A program made the translations under genes and the position numbers. DNA of 64,000 nt from Camelus ferus (taxonomy: Eukaryota). The DNA is taken from positions 20,894,001 to 20,958,000 of the forward strand of contig NC_045716.1 of the NCBI RefSeq assembly GCF_009834535.1, in the 5' to 3' direction. Below are positions 1 through 13,500 of this stretch, one piece after another (within the stretch, counting starts at the first letter, position 1; every line of letters starts with the position of its first letter). The notes beneath the pieces were generated by a model that had not been told where the DNA came from, made no database searches, and saw only the letters and a list, made by a program, of their open reading frames with translations.

Positions 1-1106
1 CCGAAGTAGGTCAGATTTCAGATAAGCGGGTGGTTTTCCTGTAAGTGATGAAACCCTCCTCTGTACTTAATGAGAAACAGACTCCTCAACTTACCCCAGC
101 CCACAAGACCAGAAGCATGGTGAGATTCCTCACTTCTTTCTCATCCCCAAGTTCCCACCACACACTCCTTCAAACTGCCCCTCTGGCCTTAACCTTCCTC
201 TGTCACCAGGACTATCAAACACCAAGTCCTGTTTCCCTGTTCCCTGGCAACATCTGGAGTCAGGCATCTTCATCCAGCCAACGCTCCTCTGCCTGGCATC
301 CACAGCCTTTCTTCTTGCAGTTAAACACTCCTTTCAGTAGGAAGCCACAGCACTTAAGCCCTACTGGAGTCCCAGTACCCTCAGCAACGCATTTCAGCAG
401 TGGTCTGAAGTAGGATTTGCATGCTGTTTTGTGACCAATATGTGGTATCTTCCATCTCTACTAGAACCTTGCCCTGAGAAGGAGGAATCACGCCACCCAT
501 CTTGTGGCTCCTGGGCATCACAATGCCCTACAGCTAACTTAAGTCCACAGACCCTGGCACCGCTCTTCCCCACTCACTCACCCACCCGACCTGCCCCTCC
601 CTCCCTAGCAAAAAGCTAGGAGTCCAGAAGTCTCCAAAGAGATCGGTCTACCCACCAAGTTCTACGCAAAGCTTCCAAACCAATTCAGGTGGATGACAGC
701 AAGTATAAATGTGAATCATCTTTAGGGACAGGCATTTAACCACTTTTCCATGTCCAACTCTTTCATGTCACAGAAACAATCTCCTTGACTCCCCCCGATC
801 TTTGAAGATACTGAGATCAGCAATACTTTCAATACATGGGGTCACAGGCCCCTGTCCCATACAAAATTGTACATACAATCCCTAGAGTCTTCAATGACCA
901 TGACCCCAGCTTAGATGTTGAGTACACAGAAAAAATGCAAAGTAATCATGAGGCAGCTCATGATAGTTTGGAGGTTGCTTTACATAAGGTAAAAACTGAG
1001 ATCCAGGGCCAGGATAACAAATGAGAAAAGGTCCAGAATCGAAAAGGAGACCTTACTAAAAAGTAGGAAAAGGGTCAGGACAGGCAGCATCTGTCAGACT
1101 GAATGT

Positions 1107-1112
1107 TTTATT
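1107..1112 (-). terminator. PRCC: PRCC polyadenylation signal AATAAA
   Basis: TTTATT on the + strand about 340 nt past the stop codon, with a U-tract (A run at about 1133-1149 on +) upstream in the mRNA. Confidence 0.75.
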
Positions 1113-1447
1113 TCAACAGACATCCCTGGTTTAAAAAAAAAAAAAAAAAGTGGAAGGAGGGGTTCAACATTTCATCACACCCAACAGGGAGCAAAACTCC
1201 CATCCAAGAACTCAGAGCCCCTTCTGAGGCATCACTTGAGTCTTTACTAGCTCCAAGACAGAAAGGAGCTGAATTTTCTAACTTTTGTTAAGAAAAATCT
1301 ATCAAATATGTTCATTCTCGCAGAGGCGAGGGCTGGGTCCTCAGGGAAAGAGATCCTGGGCGTGGAGCAGCTGGCGTCCCGGAGATGAAGCTGGGGGCCA
1401 GGCCAGCTGGGCGGCAGGAGATCCTGGGGGCAGCTGGGTCCCAAGCC

Positions 1448-1534
1448 CTAGAATCCGTACTTGGCTTGGGTCTGCCGGCGGCTGAGCTTGTTCTCCGACC
1501 AGGTGTTCTTCAGTTCCAGCTCCCGCTCCTTTGC
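1448..1534 (-). CDS. PRCC: PRCC exon 7 (AKERELELKNTWSENKLSRRQTQAKYGF*)
   Basis: AG acceptor at 1536-1535; TAG stop at 1450-1448. Confidence 0.97.
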   Translation of the reverse strand, partial: AKERELELKNTWSENKLSRRQTQAKYGF

Positions 1535-4500
1535 CTGTGCGAGGAAGAAGGGGCAGGGAAGAGTCATGCTGCATTTTTGTGAAACATGTTACTCTTGCCT
1601 CTGTGAGCGTCCCAATTTAAAATCTTTCTTCCAACAAAACAGTTATAAGGAAACAACAAATCCTTTGAAAGACTTTATTTTCTCTTATTCAAGCAGAAGG
1701 GAAGACTGAGAAAACAAAGGAAAATCATCTCTTTGGGGAAGCTAACAGGATTTAAGCAGAATAAAGGCTCAAGAATCCTGGTTCTAGAATTAAAACCGAT
1801 GTGCTCAAGTGGGAAATGGACAAATGAGAATTTGAATTTGGTATCTGAAAGGAAGACAAATCAGCTGCCTTGGATACCTAACCAGCCAAGTGGGAAAGGA
1901 CAGCCTCGAAGACACGGACAGGTCAGAACAGGACCCCAATCAACAATAACTTATTTACTGGACCCACAGTTTTGCTGCCGTGTTGAATATAGTGTTGTGG
2001 TACCCTAGAAGTTCACACTACTTTAAAGTACAAACTGAAGCTGTGAAAAATTGACTGGAAGGTACCAGAATTAATGCTTCCCCTTCTGACTGTGACAGCT
2101 TCTGGCTCTACTGCATTCTGGGAATGTACAAGCACCGCCCCAGGAAAGGGCTCCTCAACCCCACCCCAGCAAGTCACCTGATGCGGGCTCCTTTCCCTGG
2201 GAATGGGAGGAGGTAGTGCTCAGAGTCTGGGTTTAAAAAGAGAGTCTACTCTCAAATTCTTCCCTTACAAATAACAAGATAGGGGAAGGGTACAAAGACG
2301 TTCCTAAAAATGAAGGTGAAAATATAAGAACAACGAAAGCAAGTTTTGCCACTGAAATTACTAACTAGCATGTACACTCCCCGGGGAAAGGGTCAGGAAA
2401 CTCTTATTGCTGTCTATATCCTTGACAGCACTTAGTATAGTAGGTCTCAAAAAGATGTGTGTTTAATGATTCAAAGAATATTTGAAAGCTGTCAAGTCTT
2501 ACCAAATAAATAGCAAGACATACTCTAATTCCAAAAGACATTTTTGGATTATCTATAATTTTGAATTATTTGCTGTTGTTTCCTTCCATAGAAATGGAAA
2601 AACACAAAATTAACTTCCTCATGAAGTGGATGTTTTGCTAAAAGTTGGTGAACCAATTTTTCTATATAGTTTTTAAAGTTACCAGATAAACTTGCCACTT
2701 AAAAGAACTCTATGATAAACCATTTCACTCTCCTCTTACATTTATGTTTTGAGTATCTGAATTTTCACTTATGAGTTTATTCCAAGCACCTGTACTCGCC
2801 TTATCGGAAATGAGACTGATGCAGAGCAGGACAATTCTGAAGGACACATCCCCACCTAGCGGCCACATGGAGAACTGGGGAGGGCGCCTGCTGGGAGGTG
2901 GTGCCTGGCACAGAGGCTTCTAGCCTAGATCTCAGCCTTCAAATCCCCATGTTTACAAGGATCCTGCTTGGCAGGCCAGGGCCCTCAGCCCTCTCACCTG
3001 ATGAATCAGATATGTGATCTGGTGTTTCCGCCGCTGCTGTCCTGTTGGCTGCTCTCCTTTCTTCTGCAAGGGAAGAAAACAGTCATTCACCCACTGAAAA
3101 AAAATAAGTATCCCACTGACCCAATGGGACAGGGCTGGGGATTAAGAAACCAACTACACAGCCCAAATCCTGGACGTAGGCGGAAGTAAGCTTGGTGCTA
3201 TTTTTATGTCTACATACTTACAAAATAGTTATTTTTATTAAAGCCATTAAGCAAAAAACCCAAGCTCAGAATACTTGCCTGAAATAGCCAGCTAATACCC
3301 CCATTAGACTGGAAATACTTTAAGGTCAGGGCTGTGTCTGCTATTTCTTTAAAAACCCCACCCCACCCCCAGCATCAAGCATGGGGCTCTGCCCACAGTG
3401 GACACTTGATACCAGTTTTACTGCCTGCAGTCAGTCTACAACAGCTTAAGTGCCAGGGTCCAGATGACCCTCCTCTCTCCTTACCTCCGTCCTCTCTAGA
3501 TCCCCTTACAACCCCTCTGCCTATCTCCCCTTTAAGCCCTCTTCATCTCTGTCCATTTCTCCCCAGTCAGGCCAGATGTCCAGCCTATCTCCCACCTACT
3601 GCTTACCAAGCTCTCTCTCATCCATCACCTTTGGCTGAAACCCCACCTCCCTCATTCTAGTAAGTGCCAACAAACAGCTTCCCTGGAATTAAATTTTCAC
3701 AATCACTTCACCTCTCCCCAATCTTCCAGCCTCCACTCATAACTGCACTGAACCCCTAACCAAACTGTGATGCAAATGATTTACTGTCAAAGTCTATATT
3801 GGTCTGCGCTTTCATTCTGCGGTTTTTCTATCCTCTGCCAGTGTTGTCTCAGACTGGAAACTTCCCAATCAGCCCCACCCAACTCCCCAAACTCCTCTCT
3901 GGAGTCTCCTCAGCACTTATGTAATCAATTTGCACTCTAATCATTTACACTCAAGTGTCCTTAAATCTTTTTCCCAACTACACTGTAAACCCCTCAAGAA
4001 TAGGAACCATACCTTTCTCTTTGTTTGAAAATCTAGCTCAATACAGCGAGATGGTGGAAAAAAACTTAGACCTGGGAAAATAGCAAACTCCCAGTTCCTT
4101 GCTGCTATTTAATGTCAATTAATATGACAGTTAAAGATGACAAACATAAAACATCCAGTTCCACTCCTGGCCCATGGTGAGCACTAACAACAGCAGCTAT
4201 TACTACGTGATGATGCTTCTCGACCNNNNNNNNNNNNNNNNNNNNNNNNNNNNNNNNNNNNNNNNNNNNNNNNNNNNNNNNNNNNNNNNNNNNNNNNNNN
4301 NNNNNNNNNNNNNNNNNNNNNNNNNNNNNNNNNNNNNNNNNNNNNNNNNNNNNNNNNCAGATGGCCATCTGTGGCCACAGAACAAAGCAAAGAAAATGGG
4401 GGGAGAAGAAGGGAATAAAATGCCCGACCTTGACCTTGCTGGTGCTGGGCTTGAATGCAGGGCTTCCCCACATTTTCCCCACTGTGAAAAGCTCATAAAT

Positions 4501-7500
4501 GTCCACATTTGCTGTACTCAGCTACTAGGTGAAGAGATGTTCATCATACTGACTGAAGCCAACTAGCACAGAGGATAGGAGTGTGGTATGGGAAATGCGA
4601 GGAATAAAAGCATCTGAAGAGACCACAGCTAGCTATAATAAATGATGGAAAGAAAGGAGAGAGGAGGGGATGCACACTCACAACCTAGGACCCCAGGATT
4701 TCTGAGACTGTTGTGCCCACATCTCAAAGATGTGCTGAGCCAGGTCCCACCTTAACAGGACGGAGAGAGGGATATGATTGTAGGGAAAGGGAAGAGCAGC
4801 TGTGGATTCTGTCCAGCCAGGGAAGGAGCCACACATATCAGAGATCTTCCTGACTGCAGGATAGGAAACTGTTCCAACCATTCAATCTCAGTAACCAGAC
4901 TCCACCATCCGGATGGAGAGCAAAGTGCTGCAAAATTCTGGAAGGCAGAAGCTGTAGCTGGGAGACTTGGTGGACACGCCAGTACCAAGGGGAACAGGTG
5001 TTTGCTAATGGTGATGGGACAGTAACAGCAGGGTGTGGGGTCAGGGTGGGGAGTAGGACTGGATTTTGCTTTGGAGACTCCCAAGTTGGCCACCCAATAG
5101 CCCTTTCCCACTTACTTTGCTGAATGACTTCATGGTTTTCTCTTCTGTCAGTGACTTGGTCATCCACTGCTGGGCCCCACTAAGCTGGTCATCACCTTTG
5201 ATCTCCACAAAGTTGATCTCCTCCCTCCCACGATTCCTTTTGCCCTGCAGCCGCTTAAACTGGAAAAAGGGAAAAAGAAAATGCAGGAGTGGGGAACCTG
5301 GGTAAAGGATCAGGAGATGTCGCCAAGGATCCAATTTATGGGACGGTTTCAAGGCTCCCCAGTTCCACTGCACCGTCAATTCTCTCTATGCAGTATGTCT
5401 TTTCACCCTGCCACCTACTACGCTCCCTTGATGCCAGGTGAAAGGCTACTTCTTAGAAGTTCTCCTGGACTCAGGAAAGGAAGGCTAAAAGGTATTCCCA
5501 AACATAAGTGAGTGCAGAAAATCACTGGTATGAATTTGTCCTCAGATTATGTATAAATTGGATCTGCCTAAAAGGGCTGTATACTATTTTCAAATTAAGA
5601 ACTCAAGGTAAAAAAAAAAAAAACAAAAAACTAGGATTTCTCCTCTAAAAATTGGTTCTTCTAACATGTCTGTTCCTTCTCACTGATTCAGTATTACCAA
5701 ATCAGCAGACCCCACATCAGAGCAGACATTCGAGAAGGAGCATGCAGTGCTGAGTAGAGAGGATGCCTCAAAAAAAGGCCTGTCAAATTTTCTAGGAGAC
5801 CATTACTCTTTCCTCCTCCTCCTCCTCAAAAAAAAAAAAAAAAAAAAGCAGATCACACCACAAATCACCAGATTTGCTTAGAAGGGAGTGTGGGTGAAGG
5901 GAAACTAAATTAAAGAACACTTGGAACCTTCCGGTGAAACTCAGATTGTGGCCTGAGCATTAGCAAGGTCTCCTGGGGTCACTCTACCCACAAGAAACTG
6001 ACTTCTGCCACTGGATGAGCTCTTTGCTGCTTCCTCGGCTTAGAACAAACAAGCCCTAACTACTGAACTTGACCAGAAGGATATACACAGGGAAGTGGAT
6101 GGACACAGTATTAACCAGAGGCAGGAATCTACAAAGGGATAAACACCTTTCTGTGAAAAGGTGAGGAGAAAATTATTTTTTGTAAGAACTTGCATGCAAA
6201 GAGGTAGCATTCTCTATTTCTCCAATCCTCTCCTAATAGGCTATGACCTCCCTACGGATTGAATAATACTTTATCTCCTGAACACAGCCTGATGGTCTCA
6301 GGACATGGGGTTTTCCTCTTTCCTTGTGCTGAGGTTGGGGAGAAGCTCAGAGGCAGGGAATACAGTGATGTGAAACATGGGGTTATTTACTGGGCTGCTG
6401 TTCCCTCCCAAAATCCTTTAGTGTGAATGAACCCAACAGTTTGGCTAGGCATGTTACCACTCAACTGAAAGACTACATTTCCTGGCAACTAGATATGGCC
6501 ATGTGACCAGGTAGATCAGACAGAAGGGGAAGTGTTCATAGGAACTTTTGGGAAATCTCCTAAAAGAGGAGGTGACTTTCTTTCTCTACTCTGCTGCCTG
6601 GTCTACAGTAATGACAGCTGTAACCTTAGCTGCTATCACGGCCCATGAAAATGACGGCAAAGTAATGATCAGAAGGGGACTGGATCCCTGATGACTTTGT
6701 GGAGCTGCCACACACCAGCCTTAGCCTGCCTACCTCTAGCCTTTTTTTTTTTTTTAACTGAAGTATAGTCAGTTTACAATGCTGTGTCAATTTCTGGTGT
6801 ACAGCACATTGCTTCAGTCAAAAATGAATATACTTATATTCATTTTCATATTCTTTTTCACTGTAAGCTATTACAAGATATTGAATATAGTTCCCTGTGC
6901 TATACAATTAGCCTTCTTCTATGAAGAAAAAAATTAGCTTCCCTCATATAACCCATTATTATTTGAAGTTTCTCAATTCTATGTTGCCAAACCTAATCCT
7001 AACTAAACAGAGTTTTAAAAAAAATTTCCTTTAACTTAAAATTTGAAACCTGGTGTCTGGGGTCAAAGATGATCTCTTGTGCTTTGTTAACTTACTGCTT
7101 CGTCATCGATGAAGGACGCATCTGGGGCAATTTCCTGGGGGGAGACCAGAGCCGGGTCCTGTGCAGGATAGTAGCCACCACTGTAATAATCCTGCAGCCA
7201 AAGAGGGAAAAAAAAAAACACACCAAATGAGGGCACAGTGGACAGGGGACAATGTCCAGCCAGGAACAAAGAAAACGCTCATCAGAGACACCCCTCAAAT
7301 GGTGGTGGTGACACCCACACTACAGACCCCTCAAATGGACCAGTAAAATCACAGATCCTAAGGAGCTACCCTACGACTCAAGAACACCCTCTGCACCTTT
7401 TCTGATCTGCCCCACCCAGATGGATATTTTTTAGGGAAGGGTGACAAGAAATAAAGACGTTCTCTCCTGCTTTAATTTACATCCTGCTACCTGTGGCTGC

Positions 7501-10500
7501 TTCCCAAGTGTGATTCCCACCCCTTACCTCTACTGTCCCTCAGCCCTGCTCCTCCTGCTCATAAGACCCCAGTAAGCTCCAGTGTGAGCAGAGGCGGGAA
7601 GGTGTGAGGCATGCCATTCCATAAAGGCCTGCCTATAACGGGCGGGGAGGTTGCAGATCTCTGACATAAAATAAACCACTGTAAGGGTTGTATGGAATTT
7701 ACAAAGCTGGGAACAAACCAGGTTTGTGTTACTAGATTTTTAGTTCATGGTTTGATGATTCCCCTTACAGGTGAGCTGTCTAGATGTTGCTGTGGACCCA
7801 GAGGAAAGAGGGGTGAAGGCAAGAACAATGCCCCTACTGTGGCCGAGACAGGCAGCCACAGGGCTGAGAAACTGTTTCCTCCCTGCCTACACTTTTCCCT
7901 AATTCTTCCACCTTTGCCCAAAACTACAAGAAATCCTCTTGGAACATTCACTTTATAGTGACCTATGTGACAAATAAGGTTTCATACTGACTAAATAAAA
8001 ATAATACATTAAAAACCTAGAGTACCTGAAGCATTAATTTCCACTAAAAAGTATTGATAATAACATATATTTAAATTGCAGGGTCCCCTAGGGTATTTAA
8101 AGTGCTTTAATTTGCAGCAATTGCCTCAATGATGTTTGTAACTGCATATAGAAGTCTGATTGTTATTTATTAGCTGGATTTAAACTAGAGGTTTCTTAGA
8201 TTTAAATAGCCTTTTTTTTTTAAGCTAAAAAGGTCAAAACACTCTTCTTCCTCCTTCCTTCTAAGAACCTTGAGGAGAGATACACTGTCCATGATCAGTC
8301 TATAGGATACAACGAGGTTTAACAGCAAATAGTTTTCAAAGTCTGATCAGAACAGAGTCCCCTCAAAGCCCACCTACCACAGGTTCCTAGTCCGTGTGGA
8401 CAGGCCGTATCTACATCCCTATCCATGCGTGAAGACAGACTGTAGATAAGACTAACACTGACCATGCAAAGAGTCACAGTGGTTGAAGGAGACTGAGGTC
8501 CTGCAACCATCCCACACTGGCAGGAAAACTTCCGACAGCTGCCCAGCCACAGGACCAGCCAGCTGCCTCTGCTCCACCACCACAGCTGCTGCGAGTCCCT
8601 GAAACTCCTGGGAGCTCTCTCCATCTAAGGAAACTCTGACCACTGTAAACCTATTTACAGCCTGGCCTCATTTATTCTCACTCTCTGAGGCTACACAGAA
8701 CAATTTAAACTGCTCTTCCAAATAACATTTGAATAAAGTTACCATAACAATTTACTGAGCATTTGCTATGTTCCACACACCACACTAAACCAGTGTTAAT
8801 CCTCCGAGCAACCCTATGAGGTTGCTATTATTATTCCCATTTTACGGCTAAGAAATCTGATACTCAGATAGGCAGAGAGGCAGTTAAGTAATTTGCCCAA
8901 ACTCACACAGCTTGAGATTCAAACTCCAAACCACCCTCTCAAACCCCATTCTCTATCTCTGCCCAAACTATGGTCCCCTAGTGCCTTCTCTCCAGGGACT
9001 TGCCTCAGTCCTTTCAACTTTCCATGACTCAGTCGAGACCCCCACTTCTCCTTACTCCCTTTTGCACTCAACTCTCTGGATTCCCTCCTCTTCTCCTCAG
9101 TCCCTTCGCTCCCTGCCTTCCTGTGTTCTCAGTACTCCCACCTCCAGAAACTCTTCCCGGACCCTCTGCTACCTAGGAGTCTATGCATGGTTCTCTTACC
9201 CTCCTCACCCACACTCAGATCTCTGAGACTATAGACCACTCTCTGGAAGACTAGAGACTTCTCACCAGCTCCTACAATAAGATTTTATTTTCAGAATAAA
9301 TGGATCAATTATGTGGTTCTGTCAGACTTCAAGACTTCTGGATCAATTAGATCAATAAGATTCAGCATAAAGGTAGTATGCTGTGAGGCCTGATAGGTAT
9401 AGGAAAATCAAGACACCAGAAGATTCATTAATTCAGCCAAACTGACGCCACAGAGGCTTTATCACTGGCTCAAAGCTCTCCCTGAGGGCCATACGCCAAC
9501 ATTCCCTGGCCTGCCCTCAATGCCTCCAACCCACCTGATAATAAGCACCAGCGGCATTGGCATCGCCATACGTAGAAAACTGATTGTAGCTGTAGTCGTC
9601 CCCAGGCTTCGGCATCCAAGGGGCCCCACTTGAGCCTGCTGCCATCTTGAATTCTAGCGGGGCATTGGCTGCATCGTCCTGGAAGGCCGGCTCTGGTTCC
9701 GTGCCTGGAGGCAGCTCTTCGGGAACGGTGGGAATGGGGTAAGGGTATGGCTCAACTCCAGGCGGTTCGGCCTTCTCAGGGAGGGAGAAAAAGTTCTCAG
9801 GGGCTACTTCCTCATCGCTGTCGTCCTCCTCCTGCGTGATCTGCTTCGTCACCTGCAGGGCAGCACTCTTGGCGGCAGCCTTGATGGCAGAGGGCGACGG
9901 GGTGGTGGTTGTGGTGCCCACAACAGGGGCCAGAGAAGAGGGCTTGGTCTTAGAAGCCTGTCTGGAGGGCTTAGTGTCAGAGGAGCCATCCGAGGGTTTC
10001 CGGGAGAAGGCATGGGGCAGGAGCAACCTGTTAGTCTCTTTCACAGTCAGGTTTTTAGGTTGGGGAAGCAAGGCAGACAAACCAGTCCCCTCACTGGATC
10101 CCTGGCAAGACACATTTGGGTAAGGAGGGAAGAAAGATGACAAGTGAGATGTTATGATGCACACAACTGATACTAAGAACAAGCATTACTGGTAAGTGCT
10201 CTAGCCTAAAATCTTACCAGCCCTGTTTCCATCTTACCTCCACCCACTAAGATCATCCAAACCGGGCTTGACTCCTCCTACCTCCGGCTCTGCTGCTGTC
10301 CACTTCTCCCAACCCTCCACTGTCTGCTTCTCTCACAGTAAGATGTCATCCCATTTTCCTCAACCATCTCAACCCAGCTTCTCTGCCCTCTGCCACACAG
10401 CCTTCTCTGACTCTGTCTTTTGCAAATAGGATGTATTCAGTAAATACATCATCCTTCTTCCCCAAAAGCCCAGGGCTCTCTCTAGCTGATTGCTCAACCT

Positions 10501-13500
10501 CTCTCTATATCTAGAAGGTTCCTCCTAACATGGGAACTCTCTGCTTCCTTTGGATTGACACTCAAAGCCAAGAGCAAGGCTCTGTTAAAAAAAGACATTC
10601 ATACATACCGCCAAAAGTCCCCTTTCCAAGGAAAACCCTACAGATGTGGGATATTCAGTTTGTTTATGCCAGAGTCAAGCATTTAACTTATCAATTTGTA
10701 AGCTAATTGGCTCAACCCATCTAGAGTTCCTCAGCCCATCCAGAGTTCCTATTACTCCTAAGAATCTCTCAGTTTCTGCTTTCTGTATGCTACAGGGTCA
10801 GCCGGGCCTAACTGTAGGGTTAAGGGAGGTATCAGTTTGAAAAGGGGGAATGGAATAAGGTCACTGTGTCACTGACCTGGAGTACTCAAGTACTTCAGTC
10901 CTCTCAGCCAAGAAATGCCCAGAATGAATAAAATAAGACTTTTGAGTCAAGCAGGCCAAGCAGAACCATTCATCCAGAAAATGGGCCTTCCCTGATGTCT
11001 GTGTTCACAGATTTGGGTCATTCCAGCCTAGTAGACCCCAGAGGCTTAGGCTCATAAAAACTAGACTGAGGTGCCAGGTGGAGCAGGCTACCTTTTAAGT
11101 ATTCGATTTCTCAGATGACATCTGGAATCATGGCTACATCCCTTTGCAGTGCTGGGTCCACATTCTGCCTTAATAGCTTAGAGTTTCTCTCTCCACTCAT
11201 CTCTTCCTACCATCTGGAAGACTGCTCTTTACTCCTGGGGTGCCTTCTGAGCCAGTGTCCTCCCATCTCTTTAGTTGCCAGTCCACCTCCACCAGGAAGC
11301 CATTCTGACAACAGGAGAACGACTGGCCTCAATCAGCCTCAGCATGTCAGTTTCTTCCATGAGTCCTCCCTCATCACACACTACAAATACGGACACAACA
11401 TCACTCTCACCAGCTATCTTTCTAACTTCCACATGACTGCGCCCTTCGAAGACCCCCCAGCAGTGGAAGTGACACATTAACAGAGTCAGGCAAAGGGGCA
11501 ACTTCAGCAGCACATACCTGAATCATGAGACAACCATCTCATAAAGGCAGAACCACTTCTGCTCTTCTTGAGACATATAATCAACTGAGGCCAGAGTGTA
11601 TAAGTCACCGAGTGTGGAACAGAACAGGAAGAAACTCCTGGGAGCCAGAATAAAGGCACTGGGGCAAGGGGAAACAGCAAACAGTAGCGAGACCATCTGA
11701 TACTGTCTGTTTGAGGACGTCTGGTCTTGGTTACAGAGCAGCAGCCAAATGCAGCAGGTAAAAGCTTGGATTCCACAGTCAGACTGCCTCAGTGTGAAGC
11801 CCAGCTCTGCCCCTACTAGCTGTCTGGCCTTGGGCAAGTTCCTCAAGCTCTCATTTTCCTCATATGCAACATAGGGATGATAAAAACACTACGACTTAGG
11901 CACTACTAAGAGGATTAAATCAGTTAAACATTAGTATAGCACTTAGAACAGTGCCCAGTAAATGCTATTTAGATGTTTCTTTCCCAGGTTAAAAATGAGA
12001 CAAAGAGAAGATGGATAATTTTAAAATTCAGATTTTCCCTAACCTCATTTTGATCAATCCATTTATTCTACGCTTCCTAAATGATCCTTTTACCTGAAAT
12101 GTAATGGATCAAATTGAGTTCCAATTCATCTCCCTACCACGCCTGTCCCCTAGGAGAGGCAACACCAGCACGCTGAAGCCAGGGAACAGTGAGGAGAGGG
12201 TAGAGAAGCAGAAGGCCTGATGTTATCAGGAAAACAAAACGACACCCAAATGGCCAGGCCTCAAATCACTGCATTTGCTCCAAGCCTGATTTGGGAACGG
12301 CCGGGCATTGTAAATCCCATCTTTCAGGAGGCAATATGGGAAGAGAAGAAACGGCTTCTACTATGTCACAAAGCTTACCTGAAGGACAGTTTTCTTCTTT
12401 GTGGGTTCATCTTCCTCGGAATCTGACTACGAGAAAAAGAAACGGAATAATGCCTCACTGTTTAAGGACAGTGGGGGAAGCACTCATATTAAAAGAAGCA
12501 CAAATGAAGGACTGGACAACAGCGGCTATCATCTTGTCTGTTCCCCACCTGAAGAGGTGCACCGCGCCAGGACCTGCCAAACAGCAGACCTTCCCTCCTG
12601 CTCTCAAACAGTGTCAGAAAATGAGGTATGCGCTGACCTCCCCCAGTCACTCATCCTCATACCCCCAGACCTGTTGCATAGCCTTCTTGGCATCAATTTC
12701 TAGTCCTTTAAATTAAGACTATTTCCTCCCATTCAGTCTTCGGTGAGGGGAAGAAAAAAAAAAAAGGCTATATCCCATTCTTCTTCCTATAAATCTGTCC
12801 ACTAGAAGATGAATGGGATTTGGCCCACAATCTCACCCAATCTGAGCTTCACTTCTAAAACCACTTATATAGACTACATAACCACAGGGCTGGGGAGCTC
12901 CGGTGGGATTAAGTGGTGTGTTAACTACTCTTCTATGAGGCATTAAAGGTCAAAGCCATTGGAGAAATCCATTCCCTCTCCAAGTATGATCTATTGTCTG
13001 CCAGACAGAGTTGTTCGTGTCCAGGAAGAAAGCAAGCAAATGATGACTATGAGAATTTCAGGCAAGACAGGAGGTCACCTGTTACCCTCTGACTCAAAAA
13101 GACTGTTTCTAATACAGCTTTCACACTGAAAAATACCTAAACTTTCAGCTCAATACCAGTTCCTCAGCACCTTCAACCATCAGAAAGATGCAAGGCATAT
13201 TTTATTTTTAAAAATTAATATCCAAACCAAGAACCTTAGAAGTTTTCTGTTTGTTCTCAGGACCCTGGTTTTGGGCATCTGTAAATAAAGGTGATTAGGG
13301 AGGAATCTAAGACCCTATTCATCTCCCAGATTCTAAAGAACTCAAATCCTCTGCCCGTCTTTCTCAACTGAACCTCGTATCTCACAAGTCCCTTTTTGGA
13401 TTCATCTGCTACAAGGACCTTTTTGACGACCATTACTCAGAACCTACTCTATGCAAGACACCACCAGGCACTGCAGACAGCTTACCTAACCGGTGACCTA

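Noticed and set aside
4207-4213. GTGATGA C-box-like motif next to an N gap (possible snoRNA)
   Set aside because: It is antisense to the host gene PRCC, no terminal stem or paired D box can be shown, and a 7-mer is expected by chance.
12291-12716. Plus-strand ORFs of 100-141 aa with acidic/basic runs
   Set aside because: The composition comes from the antisense of PRCC exon 2 and its polypyrimidine tract; there is no independent gene structure.
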